The notes beneath the pieces were generated by a model. That model was not told where the DNA came from. It did not search any database and saw only the letters and a program-made list of their open reading frames with translations. The translations under genes and the position numbers were made by a program. This document shows positions 35,943 through 42,319 of a DNA stretch of 42,319 nt, piece after piece (within the stretch, counting starts at the first letter, position 1; each line of letters opens with the position of its first letter). This DNA comes from an uncultured Candidatus Saccharibacteria bacterium (GTDB lineage: Bacteria > Patescibacteriota > Minisyncoccia > Phycocordibacterales > JAACPR01). Location: the NCBI GenBank assembly GCA_964598245.1, contig CAZRAX010000001.1:1-42319 (forward strand), given 5' to 3'.

Positions 35943-37988
35943 ATGGATAAATTTAAATTAAAATCAAAATATAAACCAGCCGGTGATCAACCCAATGCAA
36001 TTGAAAAATTAGTTGGTGGACTTAACAAAGATTATAGACACCAAACTCTTTTAGGTGTTACTGGATCTGGTAAAACTTTTACCGTTGCTAATGTTATTGA
36101 GAAAATTCAAAAACCAACTTTGGTTATTGCTCATAACAAAACCTTGGCAGCACAACTTGCACAAGAATATAAAGAATTTTTCCCAGATAATGCTGTCCAT
36201 TATTTTGTGTCTTATTATGATTACTACCAACCAGAGGCATACAAGCCAATCACGGATACTTATATTGAAAAAGAAGCAATGGTTAACAAGGAAATTGAAC
36301 GTCTTCGCCATGCTTCTACTCAGGCATTATTGACTCGTAAAGATGTTATTATTGTTGCGTCGGTTTCTTGTATTTATGGGCTTGGTTCTCCAGAAGAGTA
36401 TGAAAAAGTTAATTTTAAATTTAAGGTTGGACAAAAATTATCAAGAGGTGATTTTATTCGTAAGTTAATTGATATTTATTATGAAAGAACTAATAGTGAT
36501 TTAGAGTCTGGACATTTTCGGGCAATTGGTCAATCAGTTGAGATTATGCCTGTTTCAGAAAAATTTATAATACAAATTAATTTTAATAATGATCAAATAA
36601 AAGAGATCAAGAAAATAGATGGTCTTAATCGAACTATTTTAGAAAATAATTTAGACTTTTATTTTCTTTTTCCAGCTAAACATTTCGTGGCTAATGAGGA
36701 TGTTATTAAAAAAGCAATCAAGGGGATTGCAAATGAGTTGGATGAAAGATTAAAAATTCTAAAAAAAGAAGGTAAGAATTTAGAAGTAGAAAGATTAAAA
36801 CGTAGAACAAAATATGATATCGCAATGATTCGTGAGGTTGGGTATTGTAACGGAATAGAGAATTATTCACGTTTCTTTGACGGGCGATTACCTGGTGAAA
36901 CTCCTAATACACTCTTAAGCTATTTTCCACATAAAAAAATAAGAAATAAAAAAGGTGAAGAGGTTTTAGTTCCTGATTTTTTGACTGTTATTGATGAATC
37001 ACATGTTACCATACCTCAAATTGGTGGAATGTTTGCGGGTGATCAATCAAGAAAAGAGACTTTGGTAAATTATGGTTTTCGTTTACCAAGTGCCAAAGAT
37101 AATAGACCACTTAAATTTGAAGAATTTGAAAAAAATACTGGTCAAAAAATATATACATCTGCAACTCCAGCTGATTATGAAATTAAAAGTAGTAATATTG
37201 TCGCAGAGCAAATTATTCGCCCAACAGGACTTATTGATCCAGAAATTGAAATAAAACCAATTATTGAAAGCGGTAAATATAAGGGACAAGTTTTTGATTT
37301 TATTGCAGAAGCTCAAAAAGAAATTAAAAAAGGTGGTCGTGTTTTGGCAACAACTTTAACCAAGAAAATGGCTGAAGATTTATCTGAATATCTGCGAGAT
37401 AAAAAAATAAAAGCTGAATATTTACATAGTGAAATAAAAACAATCGACAGAATTGAAATAATATCTAATTTTAGAAGGGGAAATTTTGATATTTTAGTTG
37501 GAGTTAATTTACTTCGTGAAGGTTTAGATATGCCAGAAGTCACCATGATTGGAATTCTGGATGCAGATAAAGAGGGATTTTTAAGAAGTGAGACATCTTT
37601 AATTCAAACAATTGGAAGAGCGGCTAGAAATGTTGATGGTAGAGTTATTTTGTATGCTGATCAAATAACAGGATCAATAGAAAGAGCTGTTAAAGAAACA
37701 AATCGTCGTCGTGAGAAACAAATTGCATATAATAAAAAACACAGTATCACACCAAAAACTATTATTAAGATGATTAATGACATTACCGATCAAATTAGAT
37801 CTGAACACAGTAAGGCGGTTAGTACATTATTAAAAATTGATAAAGAGTTGGTCAAGAAAAATCCTGAAAAAATTATTAGACAGAAACAAAAACAAATGAA
37901 CGCAGCCGCTAAAGTTTTAGATTTTGAAACCGCTGCAATTTTGCGTGACGAAATAAAACAACTTTATAAAATAGTTGACGAAAAATAG
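35943..37988 (+). CDS. uvrB: Excinuclease ABC subunit B
   Basis: 681-aa ORF with GVTGSGKTFT, the beta-hairpin region YYDYYQPEAY, DESH, helicase motifs V/VI and a C-terminal UVR domain (FETAAILRDEI). Confidence 0.97.
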   Translation: MDKFKLKSKYKPAGDQPNAIEKLVGGLNKDYRHQTLLGVTGSGKTFTVANVIEKIQKPTLVIAHNKTLAAQLAQEYKEFFPDNAVHYFVSYYDYYQPEAYKPITDTYIEKEAMVNKEIERLRHASTQALLTRKDVIIVASVSCIYGLGSPEEYEKVNFKFKVGQKLSRGDFIRKLIDIYYERTNSDLESGHFRAIGQSVEIMPVSEKFIIQINFNNDQIKEIKKIDGLNRTILENNLDFYFLFPAKHFVANEDVIKKAIKGIANELDERLKILKKEGKNLEVERLKRRTKYDIAMIREVGYCNGIENYSRFFDGRLPGETPNTLLSYFPHKKIRNKKGEEVLVPDFLTVIDESHVTIPQIGGMFAGDQSRKETLVNYGFRLPSAKDNRPLKFEEFEKNTGQKIYTSATPADYEIKSSNIVAEQIIRPTGLIDPEIEIKPIIESGKYKGQVFDFIAEAQKEIKKGGRVLATTLTKKMAEDLSEYLRDKKIKAEYLHSEIKTIDRIEIISNFRRGNFDILVGVNLLREGLDMPEVTMIGILDADKEGFLRSETSLIQTIGRAARNVDGRVILYADQITGSIERAVKETNRRREKQIAYNKKHSITPKTIIKMINDITDQIRSEHSKAVSTLLKIDKELVKKNPEKIIRQKQKQMNAAAKVLDFETAAILRDEIKQLYKIVDEK

Positions 37989-38063
37989 TTTCAATGTAGA
38001 ATCAAAAGCTGATTGTTCTTTATAGAAAGACTGTTAAACCCAAACCAAGAAAGGAAAGAAAAA

Positions 38064-38660
38064 ATGCCAATCGCTATATTGTTAAATGGTCCGCCAACTG
38101 CAGGAAAAGGAGTTCAGGGTCAAAATATTGAAAAATATTTCAACTCAAAAAGAATCATAACTAGTGATGTCCTTCGGGAAGATGGACACACAGAAAAAAT
38201 GAAAAAGGGCATTATGGTTGATGACCATATTGTTTTTCAATCCGTGATTAGTCGTATTGAAGAAGGTAAAAATCATATTTTTGATGGTTTTGCCAGGACA
38301 CCTGAACAAGCAACAATTTTTCCGCAAAAACTTCGCGATCTCGGTTTTGATTTGATTGTTACAATCGAATTGAATATGACCGACGAGGAAGTCGCTTTGG
38401 AGAGGAGGTTGAATAGGAAAAAAGAAGGCGGTTCAAATTACCGCCCTGATGGTGACAGAAAGAAAACCTTTTTAGAAAGGTTTCGTCGACATAACCAGCA
38501 AGCGGATGAAGTTCGAAAGATCCTACTTCGTTCATGTGATAATTTTTTCATTATCAATGCAACTATTCCTGTAGAGGAGGTCAGTCGCCACATCAGACAA
38601 AATCTATCCTCTATTTTTTATGAGGGCCTTTGTCAGATTTATCAGAGTGAATTTCTATAG
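38064..38660 (+). CDS. Adenylate kinase-like P-loop NMP kinase (divergent)
   Basis: 198 aa from ATG 38064, which is preceded by AAGGAAAG (38051-38058). It has a P-loop GPPTAGKGVQG, ITSDVLRE (compare ISTGDMLR) and FDGFARTPEQA (compare LDGFPRT). The track start TTG 38013 is an unlikely extension. TAGAAT at 37997-38002 could be its own -10. Confidence 0.7.
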   Translation: MPIAILLNGPPTAGKGVQGQNIEKYFNSKRIITSDVLREDGHTEKMKKGIMVDDHIVFQSVISRIEEGKNHIFDGFARTPEQATIFPQKLRDLGFDLIVTIELNMTDEEVALERRLNRKKEGGSNYRPDGDRKKTFLERFRRHNQQADEVRKILLRSCDNFFIINATIPVEEVSRHIRQNLSSIFYEGLCQIYQSEFL

Positions 38661-38686
38661 ATCTGGTGGAAAAATTCAAATTTCAC

Positions 38687-38720
38687 AACGCTCGCCTTAA
38701 AAGCGAGCGTTTTTTCTTTT
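38687..38720 (+). terminator. Rho-independent terminator after the kinase-like gene
   Basis: AACGCTCGC (38687-38695) pairs with GCGAGCGTT (38703-38711) around a 7-nt loop, a 9-bp GC-rich stem followed by TTTTTCTTTT. Confidence 0.85.
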
Positions 38721-38730
38721 TAAATTTTAT

Positions 38731-38758
38731 TTTACTTTTTATTTAAAATCAGTAGAAT
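38731..38758 (+). promoter_or_regulatory. Candidate uvrA promoter (TTTACT-N16-TAGAAT)
   Basis: TTTACT at 38731-38736 and TAGAAT at 38753-38758. It is followed by the leader hairpin AAGCTAG (38761-38767)/CTAGCTT (38807-38813) with an inner CCCAG/CTGGG stem. Confidence 0.4.
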
Positions 38759-38829
38759 ATAAGCTAGTTAAATATTTGATATGCACCCAGTGAACAAATC
38801 GCTGGGCTAGCTTATTATTAATAAATTAT

Positions 38830-41418
38830 ATGACATCAAAAAAAAACGATAAAATTATTATCAAGGGGGCAAGAACCCATAATCTAAAAAATATTAATTT
38901 AGAAATACCTCGTAATAAGATGATTGTTTTCACTGGTCTTTCAGGTTCAGGAAAATCATCTCTTGCTTTTGATACTATTTTTGCTGAAGGTCAACGAAGA
39001 TATGTTGAATCACTTTCTGCTTATGCTCGTCAATTTTTGAACAAAATGCAAAAACCAGATGTGGATGAAATTCAGGGTCTTTCTCCTGCAATTTCAATAG
39101 ACCAAAAATCTCGATCAAATAACCCACGCTCAACCGTTGCTACGATTACAGAAATATATGATTACCTTAGAATTCTTTTTGCTAGAATTGGCAAGCCCCA
39201 TTGTATGATATGTGGTCGTGAAATTAAAAAGCTTTCACAAGAAGAAATTTTAAACACTATTTTAAAAGAGGTTCAAGATATAACAGCAAAAACTTCCAAA
39301 AAAATTATGAATGTCAATGTTGATAAAGATACGATTGCAATTTATTCTCCAGTTGTTGTTGGGAGAAAAGGTGAGTATTATCAACTTCTTTATGACATGC
39401 TGGCCAGAGGTTTCCAAAAAGCTAAAATTGACGGCAAGGTTTATTCTCTGCGAGATAAAATTATTTTAACTAAAACAAAAAAACATGATATTGATATTTT
39501 AGTTGATGAACTTTACTTATCAGAAGTCAAAACAAAATCAGAAGATATTAAAGAAAGACTTTCTGAGGCGATTGAATTAGCAATTGAACTTTCAGATGGT
39601 TTATTAAAAATTGTTACTAATAATGAAGAAAAACTAATGTCCTCAAAATTTATGTGTCCATACGATGGTTTTTCTTTTCCAGAAATTGAACCAAGACTTT
39701 TTTCATTTAACTCTCCACACGGAGCTTGTCCTGAATGTAATGGACTTGGGACTAAACATCTTTTTGGCGATGACCCGTGTCCAGTTTGTAATGGTAAAAG
39801 ACTTCGTGAGGAAGCAATGTATATTTATTTGCCACAAACTAAAAATAATATTGATGATGTAACAAGTATGTCAGTCAAAGAATCTATTGTTTTTTTTGAT
39901 AATCTTAAACTTAATAAAAAAGAAAAAGAGATTGCTAAAGTTATTTTAAAAGAAATTACGGAAAGACTTCATTTTATGAATAATGTTGGTATTGAATATT
40001 TGACTTTAAATCGTCGTGCCCATACTTTGTCTGGTGGTGAAGCACAGAGAATTCGTTTGGCATCTCAATTGGGTTCAGGTCTTGTTGGAGCTACCTATGT
40101 TCTTGATGAACCAACAATCGGTCTTCATTCTCGTGATAATGATCGGCTAGTTAAAACTCTTTTAAATCTTCGTGATTTAGGGAATACAATTATTGTGGTT
40201 GAACATGATGAAGATACCATTTATTCTGCTGATCATTTGGTTGATATTGGCCCAGGTGCCGGAGTTCATGGTGGGGAAATTGTTGTAAATGATGATATGG
40301 AAAAAGTTTTAACTTCAAAAACAAAATATCCTAAATCGCATACAGTTGATTATTTGAGAGGTGATAAAGAAATAGAAATCCCCGAACAAAGAAGAACTCA
40401 AGATAAAGGTAAAATAAAAGTTAAAAGTGGAAATATTTTTAATATTAAAAATATAAATATAGAAGTTCCGTTGGGAAAATTTGTAACAGTAACGGGGGTT
40501 TCTGGTTCAGGAAAATCTTCTTTTGTATATGAAATTTTGTATAAAAATTTAAGAAATAGATTTGATCGTCGTTATCGAACCGATAAATTAGAAAACTGTT
40601 CTGAAATGACAGGAACAGAATATTTAGGTAGATCCATTATGATTGACCAATCTCCAATTGGTAGAACCCCTCGTTCAAATCCTGCAACTTATACGGGGTC
40701 TTTTACTTTTATCAGAGAGTTATTTGCCGAAACTTCAGAGGCTCGCGCTAGAGGTTGGAGTCCAAGTCGTTTTTCTTTTAATGTTAAGGGTGGTAGATGT
40801 GAAGCTTGTCAGGGTAATGGATATATTGCCGTTGAAATGCATTTTTTGCCAACCGTTTATGTTCCTTGTGATATTTGTAACGGGAAGAGATTTATGAAAG
40901 AAACTTTAGAAATAAAATATAAAAATAAAAATATTTATGAAGTTTTAAAGATGACAGTTGAAGAAGCGTTAAATTTTTTCGAAGATATCCCCGCAATTTA
41001 TGATCGTTTAAAAACACTTGATGATGTCGGCCTTGGTTATCTTGAGCTTGGACAATCTGCCACAACTCTTTCTGGTGGAGAAGCGCAAAGAGTAAAAATT
41101 GCATCCGAATTATACAGAGCACACTTACAAAAAACTATTTATATTTTAGACGAACCAACAATCGGGCTTCATTATGAAGATGTTAAAAAATTAATTGAAA
41201 TTTTACAAAAATTAGTAGACAAAGGAAATACCGTTTTAGTAATTGAACATAATATGGATTTAATTAAAAGCTCTGATTATGTAATTGATATCGGCCCAGA
41301 AGGAGGAGAAAATGGTGGAAACATTGTTACAAAAGGAACACCAGAGCAGGTTGCTGATTCAGGAAAAGGTTATACGGGGGATTACTTGAAAAAAGTTTTG
41401 AAAAGAAAAAAGAAATAA
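38830..41418 (+). CDS. uvrA: Excinuclease ABC subunit A lacking the insertion domain
   Basis: 862-aa ORF with two ABC modules ([27 protein letters not shown]; [27 protein letters not shown]) and Zn modules. CPECNGLG and CPVCNGKRL are separated by only 9 residues (nt 39727-39789). Confidence 0.96.
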   Translation: MTSKKNDKIIIKGARTHNLKNINLEIPRNKMIVFTGLSGSGKSSLAFDTIFAEGQRRYVESLSAYARQFLNKMQKPDVDEIQGLSPAISIDQKSRSNNPRSTVATITEIYDYLRILFARIGKPHCMICGREIKKLSQEEILNTILKEVQDITAKTSKKIMNVNVDKDTIAIYSPVVVGRKGEYYQLLYDMLARGFQKAKIDGKVYSLRDKIILTKTKKHDIDILVDELYLSEVKTKSEDIKERLSEAIELAIELSDGLLKIVTNNEEKLMSSKFMCPYDGFSFPEIEPRLFSFNSPHGACPECNGLGTKHLFGDDPCPVCNGKRLREEAMYIYLPQTKNNIDDVTSMSVKESIVFFDNLKLNKKEKEIAKVILKEITERLHFMNNVGIEYLTLNRRAHTLSGGEAQRIRLASQLGSGLVGATYVLDEPTIGLHSRDNDRLVKTLLNLRDLGNTIIVVEHDEDTIYSADHLVDIGPGAGVHGGEIVVNDDMEKVLTSKTKYPKSHTVDYLRGDKEIEIPEQRRTQDKGKIKVKSGNIFNIKNINIEVPLGKFVTVTGVSGSGKSSFVYEILYKNLRNRFDRRYRTDKLENCSEMTGTEYLGRSIMIDQSPIGRTPRSNPATYTGSFTFIRELFAETSEARARGWSPSRFSFNVKGGRCEACQGNGYIAVEMHFLPTVYVPCDICNGKRFMKETLEIKYKNKNIYEVLKMTVEEALNFFEDIPAIYDRLKTLDDVGLGYLELGQSATTLSGGEAQRVKIASELYRAHLQKTIYILDEPTIGLHYEDVKKLIEILQKLVDKGNTVLVIEHNMDLIKSSDYVIDIGPEGGENGGNIVTKGTPEQVADSGKGYTGDYLKKVLKRKKK

Positions 41419-41562
41419 AATTTACTTTACAATATAATTATATTATTGTATTGTTTTTTACAGATACAAAAACTAGAACAATTAAATAGGAGGTAAATAT
41501 TAACTTTCACCCTAAATACTTATCGCAAAATACAACACCGAGAGATAAACAAATTCTTTTTT

Positions 41563-42006
41563 TTGATTACAGAAGTTATTGTAGATTTAAAAAAATATTG
41601 TTGTGAACTCGATGAAAAACAACAAAATTTTAGATTAAATTGCCATATTTTTTGTAGGGCTTTAGAATCTGTAATTCAAGATGTCAAAGTTGTTGATGGT
41701 CATTATTTTGGCATTAACTGGCTTGAAAATGGTAGTAAAGTTTCATTGGCTCGTTGTGACCATTCATGGTTAAAAACAAAAGATGGCTCTATTATTGATA
41801 TTTATCCAGTCGGATTTATCGCAATGGCACCTATACTAGTTGCTTCAACTGGAGATATGGCTAGATTTGGAAAATCTATGTACGTAGAAGATCCAAAAAT
41901 AACCAAAGAAGTGGTGAATCGTGATTTATATAGAAATGTGAGAGTTATCCAAAAACATCTCACAGAGTCAATAAAAATTACCAAAGCGAGATTTAATCAG
42001 AAATGA
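41563..42006 (+). CDS. Hypothetical protein with a Cys...His...Asp arrangement reminiscent of transglutaminase-like/papain-like folds; start codon unresolved
   Basis: 147-aa track ORF from TTG 41563. Its frame is open back to 41497, right after AGGAGG (41488-41493). Motifs are LNCHIFCRAL, CDHSWL and SIIDIYP. It is followed by a terminator. Confidence 0.5.
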   Translation: MITEVIVDLKKYCCELDEKQQNFRLNCHIFCRALESVIQDVKVVDGHYFGINWLENGSKVSLARCDHSWLKTKDGSIIDIYPVGFIAMAPILVASTGDMARFGKSMYVEDPKITKEVVNRDLYRNVRVIQKHLTESIKITKARFNQK

Positions 42007-42019
42007 ATTCCGCACGAAT

Positions 42020-42049
42020 CTGCAAGCAGAAATGTTTGCAGGTTTTTTA
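42020..42049 (+). terminator. Rho-independent terminator after the hypothetical gene
   Basis: CTGCAAGC (42020-42027) pairs with GTTTGCAG (42034-42041), including one G-U, around a 6-nt loop, followed by GTTTTTT. Confidence 0.7.
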
Positions 42050-42075
42050 TTTAATTTACTTTTATTTTCATTATT

Positions 42076-42106
42076 AAAAAAAATAACAGAAAAAAATTTC
42101 TGTTAT
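42076..42106 (-). terminator. Rho-independent terminator (minus strand) downstream of the small ORF at the window edge
   Basis: A 10-bp perfect stem pairs ATAACAGAAA (42083-42092) with TTTCTGTTAT (42097-42106). An 8-A run at 42076-42083 partly overlaps the stem and gives the minus-strand transcript a run of about seven U after the hairpin. It lies 27 nt beyond the stop at 42134. Confidence 0.65.
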
Positions 42107-42133
42107 GTGTGAAGCTATTTTTTTAAAATAAAT

Positions 42134-42319
42134 TTAAAATTTTGTAGCTTCGTCAATATTAAAACCGATTAGTTTGAAATCATTTGTGTACCAAACATCA
42201 CCTTGAATTTTATTTCCTCTTAGGATTCTGTGAATCCAAAATTGATCAGACTCCATAAATTCATTAGGTGGTGGTATTTTGGTTATCGGAAACCAAGTAG
42301 GATCAGACATTTCAGACGA
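42134..42319 (-). CDS. Small or partial hypothetical protein (58 aa from ATG 42310; frame still open at the window edge)
   Basis: Hand translation of the minus strand gives MSDPTWFPITKIPPPNEFMESDQFWIHRILRGNKIQGDVWYTNDFKLIGFNIDEATKF*. It is below the track size cut-off but has its own terminator. No homology was recognised. Confidence 0.4.
   Translation of the reverse strand, partial: SSEMSDPTWFPITKIPPPNEFMESDQFWIHRILRGNKIQGDVWYTNDFKLIGFNIDEATKF

Noticed and set aside
38064-38660. Clear compositional island (horizontal transfer) at the kinase-like gene
   Set aside because: Hand counts of two 60-nt lines gave 40-45% GC, but a conserved rpoB line gave 38%. The contrast is too small to claim without a computed sliding-window analysis. 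I kept it only as a weak supporting remark.
38786-38806. LexA/SOS (Cheo-type) box upstream of uvrA
   Set aside because: Only a GAAC half-site within TGAACAAATCG is present. The second half (GTTC) is absent, so there is no palindromic operator.
41428-41460. Weak AT-only inverted repeat TACAATA...TATTGTA followed by a T-run after uvrA, as a terminator or operator
   Set aside because: A 7-bp all-A/T stem is too unstable and too likely by chance in this composition to call as a feature.

Overview
AT-rich (roughly 30% GC by eye, not computed), very gene-dense bacterial chromosomal segment read with the standard code. All conserved genes are full length, and TGA is a rare but genuine stop. I call about 33 protein genes, almost all housekeeping. 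In order: a partial surface protein, thrS, dnaE, rnhB, rpmF, a nusB-Nudix fusion, rnc, a short smc, a type IV pilin-like gene and rnr. Next are rpsP, khpA (ylqC-like), trmD, rpoB, rpoC, dnaG, rpoD, a UvrD-type helicase fused to a Cas4/AddB-like nuclease, a DsbA-like oxidoreductase and uppP. Then a DEDD exonuclease, hisS, a small membrane protein, a bPH2 membrane protein, an MscS-family channel, a LOG-family protein and tgt. The 3' end holds uvrB, an adenylate-kinase-like cassette, uvrA, one hypothetical gene and one partial hypothetical gene. Compact versions of core proteins, almost no Shine-Dalgarno motifs, tiny intergenic regions and pilin/surface-protein content fit a reduced Patescibacteria/CPR-like genome; that assignment is inference only. 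I saw no rRNA, tRNA, CRISPR array, transposase or integrase, and no obvious defence island. The most unusual items are: (1) an SMC of only 745 aa with no recognisable hinge; (2) a NusB-Nudix fusion translationally coupled to RNase III; (3) a ~110-nt structured element with a 15-16 bp closing helix where rimM normally sits between khpA and trmD; (4) a ~26-bp hairpin just upstream of rpoB; (5) a near-perfect 51-bp palindrome that includes both divergent start codons of hisS and a membrane operon, suggesting paired leaderless transcripts; (6) a UvrA lacking the insertion domain, with an autonomous kinase-like cassette between uvrB and uvrA; (7) a surface protein with an extreme Tyr/Asp-rich module, PKD-like repeats and a sortase-like VPYTG tail; (8) a sigma-70 with a strongly basic N-terminal tail. 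All functional calls rest on motif recognition by eye; no database search was possible.
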